Source of the DNA: Gnetum montanum
Lineage: Eukaryota; Plantae; Gnetophyta
Direction: 5' to 3'
DNA length: 64,000 nucleotides
Assembly: GCA_015680685.1 (NCBI GenBank)
Contig: MNCI01002384.1
Span: 982,734 to 1,046,733 of the forward strand
Shown here: one piece after another, positions 1-11,009 of the stretch
How positions within the stretch are numbered: the first letter of the stretch is position 1
How the letters are laid out: each line of letters begins with the position of its first letter
The notes under the pieces: generated by a model
Seen by the model: the letters and a program-made list of their open reading frames with translations, nothing else
Database searches by the model: none
Told to the model about the DNA's origin: nothing
Translations under genes and position numbers: made by a program

Positions 1-1
1 T

Positions 2-1756
2 GTCCTCCGAAAGGCCCAAAATGATTCTTACGCTGAATTATTAAAGGCACCAGCTCCCTGAAAGAGTACTGGCGAAGAGTTGGGACCAGATGAGGAAAAC
101 GAAGAAAAAGTGACTGAAACCCCTGCAACTTAGCTTGCAGGACCCAGTCAACCTCCAGCCACAGGTCCTAGCCAAAAACAAGAAGCAGAACCCGGTACAG
201 GCCAGGATCAGCCGCCGCCGCAAGACTATAGATCGTCAATTAGCCATTTAAGGGCTATTGCTGAGACGATCAGTTGGGGAAGTCATGATGATGCCAATCT
301 CTTCCGTGTCATCGATGATGCCAACCAGCCTACGATTTCAATAGATCACACAAGGGNNNNNNNNNNNNNNNNNNNNNNNNNNNNNNNNNNNNNNNNNNNN
401 NNNNNNNNNNNNNNNNNNNNNNNNNNNNNNNNNNNNNNNNNNNNNNNNNNNNNNNNNNNNNNNNNNNNNNNNNNNNNNNNNNNNNNNNNNNNNNNNNNNN
501 NNNNNNNNNNNNNNNNNNNNNNNNNNNNNNNNNNNNNNNNNNNNNNNNNNNNNNNNNNNNNNNNNNNNNNNNNNNNNNNNNNNNNNNNNNNNNNNNNNNN
601 NNNNNNNNNNNNNNNNNNNNNNNNNNNNNNNNNNNNNNNNNNNNNNNNNNNNNNNNNNNNNNNNNNNNNNNNNNNNNNNNNNNNNNNNNNNNNNNNNNNN
701 NNNNNNNNNNNNNNNNNNNNNNNNNNNNNNNNNNNNNNNNNNNNNNNNNNNNNNNNNNNNNNNNNNNNNNNNNNNNNNNNNNNNNNNNNNNNNNNNNNNN
801 NNNNNNNNNNNNNNNNNNNNNNNNNNNNNNNNNNNNNNNNNNNNNNNNNNNNNNNNNNNNNNNNNNNNNNNNNNNNNNNNNNNNNNNNNNNNNNNNNNNN
901 NNNNNNNNNNNNNNNNNNNNNNNNNNNNNNNNNNNNNNNNNNNNNNNNNNNNNNNNNNNNNNNNNNNNNNNNNNNNNNNNNNNNNNNNNNNNNNNNNNNN
1001 NNNNNNNNNNNNNNNNNNNNNNNNNNNNNNNNNNNNNNNNNNNNNNNNNNNNNNNNNNNNNNNNNNNNNNNNNNNNNNNNNNNNNNNNNNNNNNNNNNNN
1101 NNNNNNNNNNNNNNNNNNNNNNNNNNNNNNNNNNNNNNNNNNNNNNNNNNNNNNNNNNNNNNNNCATTGTGGACACTTATGCGTATGCCCACCAGGCGGA
1201 AATTAAAAATCGGGACCTGCAGATCCAAGACTTAACTGAATACATGGAGTTGGCCAACCTTCGATATGCCAACCTGGCCATGTTAACAGCAGGACGCCCG
1301 AGGTCAAAGCTCGAGTAGCAGGTAGCTTCCACTTACATCAAATATGAAGCAGAGTTTGCAGAACGAAAGAAGTTGGCTGAAAAATTAGATGTTGCAAATT
1401 CTGAACTCGCAGTGGTAAAAGAGAGCTACCAAGGGAAGAAAGATGTGGCAACCGACTTGGCTCGACGGCTAACTGAACTTCATGAATAAAAAGATAGAGC
1501 CAAAGCCTACAAAGAGGAACGATGGGTGTTCGCAGCGTGGTACGTCAAAGCTAATCAGATGTTCCCGCAATTACCCTGTCCGTGGGAAGTGCCGACTTCA
1601 TCAAACATTGGAGCATCAGCATGGACGACACAAGACCCTCGGACCGAAGAGGAGAAGCTTCAGGCTATTCTTCAGCGCCATCAATCTTCAAAACTTGGAG
1701 CACGTGATAAAGGGAAAGCACCCATGGAGGAGCCACCACCACCAGGAACTACATGA
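2..1756 (+). pseudogene. Additional 3' ORF (env-like position) of element A; coiled-coil C-terminal half; interrupted by an assembly gap and 4 in-frame stops
   Basis: One reading frame runs over 2-356 (VLRKAQNDSYAELLKAP...YRSSISHLRAIAETISW) and 1166-1756 (EYMELANLRYANLAMLTAG...FAAWYVKANQMFPQLPCPWEVP...DKGKAPMEEPPPPGTT*). The stops are TGA/TAG/TAG/TAA, consistent with C>T changes. A homolog lies at 29467-32159 (-). Confidence 0.75.
357..1164. other. Assembly gap (N run); further gaps at 2387-2476 and 59809-59900
   Basis: Runs of n in the sequence. Confidence 1.
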
Positions 1757-1926
1757 GTTCCACATTTTTGTAGTTGTAGCAGTTTTCTCTGTGTTGTATC
1801 TTCCCACACTGCGGCATTAGTCCATTTCTTTTTCTAGTTAATAATCCCATACCTATCCACTGTGTAATCACTGAAGCTTGTTCTCCTTGCAACTCGAGGA
1901 CAAGTTTTTATTCAGTCGTGGGGGTA

Positions 1927-2768
1927 TGATGAGACGCGGTCTGCGTCGGCCGCGATATCGCGTACGCGATATCGCGTCCTTCCCTACGATATCGCGTACG
2001 CGATATCGCAGTCAGCCGTCATGTCTATAAATAAGAGGCGGCTCTCCCTTGTTTGGGGATCCCAGTGTTTAGTGTAGGGAAGCTTTGGCAGTTTGATCCC
2101 TCCAGAGTTATAATTTTTCCGGTGTTTGCCCGCAGTGTGGTGAATGTGATTGTACGGTGTCTTTATTCGAGTGTGCCGTACTTGGACATGCACATGACCG
2201 GCAATAAAGATCGAGATTACTTCATCATTGCAGCATTCACTTAGTTTATTTATTGTTATTTATTTCATGTTATTTATTGCTTTCATAGCACGGTGTAAGT
2301 ACGACTTGACTACGAGCATTTACGGGTATGTACTGCTAGTTAAGGAATCAGTTACTTATCGCGATTAGTTTCTCACCCTTTCACTCNNNNNNNNNNNNNN
2401 NNNNNNNNNNNNNNNNNNNNNNNNNNNNNNNNNNNNNNNNNNNNNNNNNNNNNNNNNNNNNNNNNNNNNNNNNNNNGTCGCACTTAGGCTAGATTAGATT
2501 TTCTTACCCTTTTCCTCTTAGCTTAGATTAGTTAATATTATTTTCCATTGCCTTCAGGAGTAGCGTAGAATTAGAACACATCATACACCTCATCTAGACT
2601 AAACCATACGTGACATATGCAAAACTAGTCTAGATGGGAAGACAGTGAACTACGACCTAAGGCTAACTATCTAGGTGCCACAACTAGTCCATTTGCGGAG
2701 TTCGACCGGATCGCGCGTGCGACGCTCGTTTCGTATGGTTGAGTGTAGGGGTACCTCGCCACTCATCA
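1927..2768 (+). repeat. 3' LTR of element A (~840 bp, contains a gap)
   Basis: TGATGAG...CTCATCA terminal inverted repeat, TATA box tataaata at 2026-2033, and an aataaa signal near 2203. Confidence 0.9.
1951..2033 (+). promoter_or_regulatory. LTR U3 promoter: two perfect CpG-rich palindromes upstream of the TATA box
   Basis: cgcgatatcgcgtacgcgatatcgcg (1951-1976, 26 bp) and cgatatcgcgtacgcgatatcg (1987-2008, 22 bp) each equal their own reverse complement. TATA at 2026. Confidence 0.7.
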
Positions 2769-3930
2769 TAGACAAAAAGAGAAAGTAATCCACAAGGTTT
2801 TAAGGTCTCATCCACAAAAGAAAAGCTCAAAGGAAGAGAATTTGAAAAACATGGACAAGAAAAATTGTCACATTAACGCATGTAGAAATGCAAGATTATG
2901 AACAAGAAACAAAGAATTCATCATGTAAAGAAAGGTTGAATAAAGACGTTTTTGAGAAACAATAGACATCTTGGCAGAATTGGAGGATGCACAAATAAAG
3001 GCATCTTCAAGAAATAGTAGGAGTATTTCCTTAGGCAAAGATGTTTTCCTCTAGGAAAAGACATCTTAAAAAAATGTAGGCTAGTTTCAAACATTAAATA
3101 AAGACATCTTCCAGAATGAAGATTTTAGAAAGATGTCTTTCCTAGACAAAGACTTCTTCCTAGAATAGAAGGCAAATATAGAAAGACATCTCAAGAATGA
3201 AGAAGACGTCTTTCATGATCATTGGCTACCATTAGCTGGTCATTGCATGAGTTCCAAGATGGATTTAGGAATATGGTAGCTATAAGAAGACATCGTATGC
3301 ATTGGAAAATGCACAAACTCTTGTACAATCATTTTCTAGTCATTTTTCAATCATTGTTGCTCTTCATTATATCATCATTTGTCTATTTTAAAGTGCGATG
3401 TAGCTCAAAGTATAAGGATTTGCAAACTAAGTTGCATTCATCCCTTGTAATTGTTGTTCTTCCTTGTTACCCTGTGGGGTTAATGTGCTTCTTGTGAGAA
3501 GGCATCTTGATTGAGCTTACCAAGATCCTATGGGATTAAGGGGTTGGTCTTGCAGCATAACACTCCTGAGAAGAGCTAAATATTGTAAAGGTTGTCGAAG
3601 CCTAGAAATCATATTCCAAGCCTAACAAGACCTTGTGGGATTGAGTGGTTGGTGTAACATCAGAACACTCTGGAGTAGAGCTTGAAGATTATATAGGGTG
3701 TGGACCATTCAAACCACATTTTAGAGCAACAAAGTTTAGAGATGTGCTTGTGATCTACCCTTTGAGTGTGAACTATCCAACTAGGAACCATGTTAAACTT
3801 GGTGTATGTGCTTTTTCCAAAGAATTTCAATTTGGGGAACTTATTCATTCCCCCTTCTAAGTTCAACAATCGACAAGTAGTATCATAGCCTGGTACTCTT
3901 CTTTGTCATCATAAACTTTAAGTGTGAACA

Positions 3931-5660
3931 ATGGAGGGGACATCTTACACAAAGCCACCTATGTTTGATGGACTTGACTTCACCTACTGGAAAGCTAGAA
4001 TGCAAGGATTCTTTGAATCCATGGAGTTTGAAGTATGGGAGTCAATCCTTAAAGGATATGCTCTGCTTGTTGATAGCACCATCAACATTGTCAAGCCTCA
4101 TAACAAATGGACACAAGAGGAAAAGGATAAGTTCATCTTTAATTCAAAAGAAAAAAATTGTTTATATTGTGCATTGAATAAATCTAAATTTATTAGAGTA
4201 GCAAGATGTAAAATGACCAAAGAAATTTGACAAACTTTAGAAGCTACCTATGAAGGAACATCTATTGTTAAGAAATTGAAATTGTTAGTTTACAAAGTGA
4301 ATATGATAAAGTCAAAATAAGAGAAGGTGAGAAAATAAAAGATTATTTCTCTAGAGCTAATGATCTTATTGTAGCTATTAGAGGAATAGGTAAAGATTTT
4401 TCCAAAAGCGATGCCATTGTCAAAATGATTAGAAATCTACAATTGGAGTTCAAACCAAAGTTCATAGCTAAGGAGGAGATCAAAAAATTCGCAACCTTGA
4501 AATTTTAAGAGCTTTAAAGTGCTCTCATTACTTATGAAATGAATCTCACAAGCAAAGGAGCAATCCAAGAAAGACCTATAGTTCTAAAGACTATCTCCAA
4601 GGAGAAAGAGTCTAATGAGCATGATGAAGGTAGTGAAGATTAGATTGCCTTTCTCTCAAGGAAGCTTCAACTATTGCTAACAAGAAGAAACAAGGGGACA
4701 TCACAACAAAGACCCAATCTAGTCAAAGGTAGATAAAGAGGTAGAAATTTTTAAAATTCCAACTTAGATTTTCATTTCATAGAATGTTGGGTTTGTGAAG
4801 GACGAGGTCATATGGCCTTCAAATGTCCTAGTGATCCTAGTAATAGCAAGATACAATCAAAAAATAGATATAATGATTAGAAACCAAAAAAAGACCAACT
4901 TATATACAAGTTGGGATGATGGTGAGGAAAGCAAAGAAGAATCATGCAATTCTTCCAAAAATTCACGTCTCATATGCATGGGGCTTACAGATGAAAATTC
5001 CTCACATGTGGCTAAGCAGGATGATGAGTGTGATAAAAGGTATAGTGAATTTAAAGAAGAAAATTTTCTTTTACATCATTTGATTAGGAAGGCAAATAAA
5101 TTTGTAATTTCTAAGTTGGATGCTATTCATGTTGAAGTAAAAGAAGAGATCACAGACATAAAAGTCGAGATTAAACAACTAACCTCTTTTAATAAGGATT
5201 ACAACAAGGTCTAAGAAGAGGAGACTCCTGAAAAAAAATCAAAGAATTTAGAGGAAGCCACACATGAAAATTCAAGCTCAAGCACAGATAGGTTTGATAA
5301 TTTTAATCATAAGGATAAGGATAACACTTTATTTGTTTGTAAAAATTATGGTTGTAAGAAAACTCTTAACTATACTCATGATGATCAAAATAAGATTAAT
5401 TCTTGGTCTTGTCAAAAAGGCTTTGGTAAGGAAATTGTGTAGGTACCAATAAGTAAGAATGAAGAGAATTGGAGAATTGAAAATGATGCAATAAGTGATC
5501 AAACATTTTATCGTAAAGAGCATGGACAAATAGAGACATCACATATATGATCTAATGAAAGAGGATTGAAGGATGAGGAGGTACTTCATGATATGGGGCC
5601 TCATCTCAAACTCCATTAATCTTCTCTTCTCCCATACAAGCAAGGTAAGTCAAGGTAAGC
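3931..5660 (+). pseudogene. gag: Copia (SIRE-type) gag, disrupted
   Basis: N-terminus MEGTSYTKPPMFDGLDFTYWKARMQGFFESMEFEVWESI, a UBN2-like region with stops and frameshifts, and a zinc knuckle (CWVCEGRGHMAFKC, ~4785-4826). The 3' end is approximate. Confidence 0.85.
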
Positions 5661-7284
5661 TTCCATCTCTTTGCTTGCTGGTTAATAAGAATAAAATTTG
5701 AAGTCCAAAATTATTTGTGTCTTGAAAAATGGTGCAATAATTGTTTAGAGCATCCCTTACATTCATTTTTGAACTTGATTTAATTGGTTCTATGAAAATA
5801 TGTATAGCACTTATTTTGATTTCCTTTGGATCATTATTTTATTGGTTTTTGTCATGTTTACAATCTTGTTTAGTTTGAACTTATTATGATGATTTGATTC
5901 TAAGCTCATGGCCTTTGGGATATTTTTGATATTTATGAGATAAGACAAGCCTTTGAAAAATCCAATTAATATTACTGATTGAAGACCTTAGTCTCCACAT
6001 TTGAGCTTAATGTTGATGCGCAGTTGTAGTGTTTTTGTGGTTTATAACATTTGTACATAAATAGTGCAAGATATGTAGCACATGTGTAGGGGGAGCCTAT
6101 TCCTCATTATCCATCACCATATTGGAGATCATAAATGTAGGGGGAGTCTTTAGAGACTTCAACCAAGAGACATTGAAATAGCAAAATATTCCAAAATGAG
6201 CAAGTTAAGAACATCAAGAGGTATTTATATTTTAGGTGGATGGTTGAGTCTTGAATTTGTGTTTCTGATATCCTTTGGCATAATTATGATTTCATTTTTG
6301 AAAAATGGTTTTGTTTGTGGCATTTCCTTGTACAAAAAACAAAATATGCATGTTTCTCTGATGGCTTCTATATCCTTTATGTTGATGTTTTTCAAATTTC
6401 TAGTTAAATATAAAGATACAAGTTCTAATGAGATAATTGTTTCAATTAAATAGACTGCTTGATCTATATTTTGTCTTTAGCATCAAATTATGGGTTGGTC
6501 CTTTTTGGATTAGTTGTAGATCCTTGTTTTAAACTGATAAGAGCAAGTCATCAACCCACCTATTTGATATTCAAGCATAAGCTGAAGTGAGAAGTACCTA
6601 AATTTTATGAAATAATGCAAATAGTGATATTATTCCTTACAATAATATGAGTAAGAACATGATCATTTTGATTATGGAAAAGTATCCATGATTTTAATTG
6701 AAACATCCTTTAAGTAGTTTTCCTTGAGATGTACTTCCTAGCTTAAGAATTTAAAATATGGCATGACTAGTTTCACATTGTGAAGTTGTATTGCTATATT
6801 CTCATTATATATAAGATATGCCCTAATATTTTGCTAATTTTTTTAAAAGGATGAAGAATATTTGAACATTAAAAGAACCATGCACTATAAAATACTAATG
6901 GCTTATTGATTTAGAGATAGGTTACTTAATCTTCAAGGCCTATACTTCACTTCAAGCTTTAAGTTTGAATATCACTTGAAAGGATGCACAAACAAAGACA
7001 TCTTCAAGAAATAGTAGAAGAAATATCACCATATTTGAATATCACTTGACAAATTTAGGGCAACTCTTCTTGGAACTGTGTGTTGAAAACTGTGTGCTCT
7101 TTAATTGATCTTCTTGCTTAGCTAAATGTTGTTTTTGGATTATGACATTATGCATACTCTTTAAGCTATTCATGTGCCTTATCCTTTTTGTTGTTGTTCA
7201 AAAAGGGGGAGAGTAGTATGGTTATATATGTATGATCACTAATTAATTTTCTTAAGTTTTGAACATCACCAAAAAGGGGGAGAT

Positions 7285-8516
7285 TGTGGAGCTTTTGGTG
7301 TGTTAAAACATTAAGAAAAATGGAGATAAGGGTTGTGTGTATGATTGTGTGGTTGTTGTGGTCATAGGACTAAGATGAAATGACAAGGAATGCATTGATA
7401 TAGAAAAAAGGAGAAAGTCATCCACAAGGTTTCAATATCTCATCCACAAAAGGAAAGCTCAAAGGAAGAGAATTCAAAGAACATGGACAAGCAAAGTTGT
7501 CATCATTAATGCATGTAGAAATGCAATATTATGAATAAGAAATGAAAAATTCATCATGCAAAGGAAGGTTGAAGAAAGATGTCTTTGAGAAACAATAGAT
7601 GTCTTGGTAGAATTGAAGGATGCACAAACAAAGACATCTTCAAGAAATAGTAGAAGTCTTTCCTTAGGAAAAGACATCTTTCATTAGGCAAAGACATATC
7701 CAGTTTTAGAAAGACTTCTTTCATTAGACAAAGATGTCTTCCAGAATGGAGATTTCAAAAAGATGCCTTTCCCAAACAAATATGTCTTTCTAGAATAGAG
7801 GGAAAATATAGAAAGATATCTCAAGCATGAAGAAGACATCTTCCATGATCATTAGCTACTGTTAGCTAGCCATTGCACATGTTCCTAGATGGATTTGGAA
7901 ACATGGTAGCATAAGAAGACATCATATGCATTGGGAAATGCACAAGATCTTGTACAATCATTGTATAATCATTTTTCAATCATTGTAATCATTTTTTCCC
8001 TTCATTGTATCATCATTTGTCCATTATAAGGTGTGCTATATCTCAAAGCACAAGGATAAGCAAACTGAGTTGCATTCAACCCTTGTAATTGTTGTTCTCC
8101 CTTGTTGCCCTACAGGGTTGATGTGCTTCTTGTAGGAAGGCATCTTGATTGAGCTTGTTGAGATCCCAAAACATTGAGTGGTTGGTGTTGCCGCATAACA
8201 CTCTTGAGCAGAGCTCAAGATTGTAAAGGTTGTGGAAGCCTAGAAACCATATTCCAAGGCTGACGATACCTTGTGGGATTGAGTGGTTAGTGTAGTAGCA
8301 TGACACTCTAGAGAAGGACTTGAAGATTGTATAGGGTGTGGATCCTTCAAATCACATTTGAGAGCAACAAAGTTTGAAGATGTGCTTGCGATCTACCATT
8401 CGAGTGTGGACTACCTAAGTTTGGGAAGAAAATTAAATTTAATCTATGTGCTTTGTCCAAAGAATTTCAATTTGGGAAACTTATTCATCCCCACTTTCTA
8501 AGTTCAACGATCCACA
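7285..8516 (+). repeat. 3' LTR of SIRE element 1 (~1.23 kb)
   Basis: TGTGGA...TCCACA termini; 7400-8516 aligns with 2769-3875; many degenerate AAGACGTCTT palindromes. Confidence 0.9.
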
Positions 8517-9477
8517 AATTCTAATGCCATAAAAATAAAAATTCAATATACAATATCCAAACATGAAATAGTTGAATTAGAAACTTCTCACAAACCTTAT
8601 TTTTCTTGAAATTGCCAAGATAATAAAATCTCAACATTTAAAATAGGTGATTTAAAACATAAAAATTAGATGAATCTAAATCTACAAAGCAAGACCTAGA
8701 CCTAATGATAAATGCATATTAATCATGAAGTTTTAGGCAAAACCCATCTACATCAAATATGTAGAAAACCTTAAAAGTAAAATAGAACTTGAAAAAATGC
8801 TAAGATGTCTTACTCAAAAATTTAGAAGCATAGATATGAACTATAGATATATGAACTTAACCTCATACATACAACTTTGTACACACAAACCACTAAAGCT
8901 TTGCAATACCACCACAAGTCTGCAATCTAACAATGCTCAAGTGTTCAAGTAAAATGAATGCCAAAGTACTTGAAAGACTAGAGTGTGAGGGTATTTAATG
9001 GAAAAAATACCAAAATATCAAACATGAAAATGCTAACCCTATTTCCCAAAATTAAAATCTTAAATAAAAAAAAACTACCACCAAATCTCACTTACTCATA
9101 TAGACATGTGAAAGGCCAATATAAAATCATATAATACCTCTTATTCATTCAAACAACACATACCAAACAATTAAATTAATTATATAAAAAATAATAAAAA
9201 TGTAAAAATCTAATCATGTATTCACATGCCATATATGTCCTAACCATAGCCCCTAGAAAGAGCTTACTAAACTCATCCATCAAGTTAGTACACACTAACT
9301 ATATATAAATTAATAATGCATAAGATAAATATACATGAGCATAAAAAATATAACATTGCAAATCCAAATAACTAATATGAATAAATAAAAGCATAACACA
9401 CATAATCAAGAATATCAAATAGTCCAAACATGAGGTAAGGGTATTGACTTAGTCATCCAAAAATATGGGTTGTTACA
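8517..9477 (-). repeat. Partial 3' LTR of the Tekay element (cut by SIRE element 1)
   Basis: The reverse complement begins tgtaacaacccatatttttggatgactaagtc and is homologous to 24443-25404 (+). Confidence 0.8.
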
Positions 9478-9499
9478 TCCTTGTCTTCTTAAGAATGTT

Positions 9500-11009
9500 C
9501 CTTTTGGAAAATCTCAAGATGAGATGAACACATTTTAGACTTAAGCTTCCAAGTTAATTTTTCAGAAACATGATGGCCTCACAAGAATTTTGCCATATGA
9601 ACAACTTTGTTGTGCAACTAATACTCCATCATATCATTAATTTTAATGGGATGCTTTGCATACAAAGTATCAACTTGAAGTTGTACTTTGGTTAAATCAA
9701 CAACATGACTATCATTAGAAACATACTTTTGAAGCATGAACACATGAAAAACATCATGTATGTATGAAGTTATTGAGGCAAACTCACATAATATTGCACA
9801 TATCTTATGCATTGAAGCACATCAAAAATTCCAATGTAATAAGGTGCAAGCTTGTATTTTTTAACTGAAATGCATTAAGTTTTTTAGTGGAGAGATACAA
9901 ATGAACATCTTGTCATTGATTGTGAACTTAAGAGGTATCATTCTACTATTCATGTAGTTATCCTAAGGATCTTGAGCTACTTTAAGCCACTATCAAATCT
10001 TCTTAATCTAACTTGTTATACACAAAACCATATATAAACTAGTTTGATATCTATCCTCAATTAGGTTCCAACATAATGGAGTCCTATAAGGTCTATCATA
10101 TAAAGCCTCATATGAAGTTGCTCTTACACTTGCTTGGTAGCTATTGTTGTAAGTAAATTTAGCCAATAGTAATAGACTATCATAGCTCTCTAACAACCAT
10201 AAAGCATAAGAACAAAGTATATAAAACTTGGTTGCTCTCTCAACCTTCCCATGTATCTATGAATGATACACTAAATTCAAATTCAACTTAGTGCACAAGT
10301 TGTCCTTGTAAATTTGCCAAAATTGAGAATTAAATTTGGTGTCATGATCAGAGATAATTTTAATAGGAATGCAATGTAATTGGATAATCTTAAAGATGAA
10401 CAATTGTGCAACATTCTCTACACTACTCTTCAACTTCACAGTAAGGAAATGAGTTAACTTAGTTAACAAGTTAACAATAATGAAGATGACATTCTTTCCA
10501 CCCATACTATAAAGTAAATTAATAATGAAATTTATATTGATCATCTTCCACTTTTAATGTGAAATAGCATGAGGGTATAAGTAACCAATTGGTCATTGAT
10601 GCTCAAGATTTATCTATTGGAAGATTAAGGGCTTTTCCATGAATTCGACAACATGATTTTTAATGATTAGCCATTAATACAATCTCTTCAACATATGATA
10701 CATCTAATCACTACTAGGATGCATATAAAAATTAGTAAGGTAAGCTTCCTTCTATAGACATTGTTACAAGAAATAAAACACACATATTCAATCCTTGTAA
10801 AGAAGTAACTTGAATGCATCTACCAAAAAGGATGGACCATTAGATTACTTAAGTAGCATACACCATGAATCTTGCTTTTGATTTACACAAATCACATCTA
10901 TAATGTTTGATTAAATCACCAAGTTATAAAGCTTATCAACCACATGGCTCAAGCTATTCACAACTATGTTGCTTTTTCCTATTTGATATTGGATAGTAAA
11001 GTTAAAATT
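9500..11009 (-). pseudogene. pol: Tekay pol 3' part: end of RNase H, integrase core, chromodomain
   Basis: Motifs IIVNLLTKLTHFL, IISDHDTKFNSQFW and AKFTYNNSYQASVRATSYEALYDRPYRTPLCW. Chromodomain-like LHNKVVHMAKFL*GHHVSEKLTWKL at ~9540-9617. Confidence 0.85.

Larger units (their letters stand above)
1..2768 (+). mobile_element. 3' end of Athila-like Ty3/Gypsy LTR retrotransposon (element A): extra 3' ORF, PPT and 3' LTR
   Basis: PPT-like gtcgtgggggta (1915-1926) directly precedes an LTR starting TGATGAG (1927) and ending CTCATCA (2768). The PPT region and LTR end (ggttgagtgtaggggtacctcgccactcatca) match elements B, C and D, which encode Athila-type pol. The flank resumes in the middle of a SIRE LTR at 2769. 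Confidence 0.85.
2769..8516 (+). mobile_element. SIRE/Sirevirus-lineage Ty1/Copia element, gag-only (non-autonomous); 5' LTR interrupted by element A
   Basis: Partial 5' LTR at 2769-3875, degenerate tRNA-iMet PBS tagtatcatagcc (3878-3890), gag from 3931. Multiple PPTs (gtagggggag near 6085 and 6137, aaaagggggagag 7201, aaaaagggggagat 7271-7284). 3' LTR at 7285-8516. Confidence 0.88.

Noticed and set aside
338-1228. Long ORFs of 296 and 276 aa in the ORF track (also 59713-60007)
   Set aside because: They are artefacts of translating through N gaps.
1482-1820. 112-aa ORF as an independent gene
   Set aside because: It is an alternative frame overlapping the conserved extra ORF; the homolog in D conserves the other frame.
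5660-7270. Possible env-like ORF of the Sirevirus
   Set aside because: Only short AT-rich ORFs are present, with no recognisable conserved motif.
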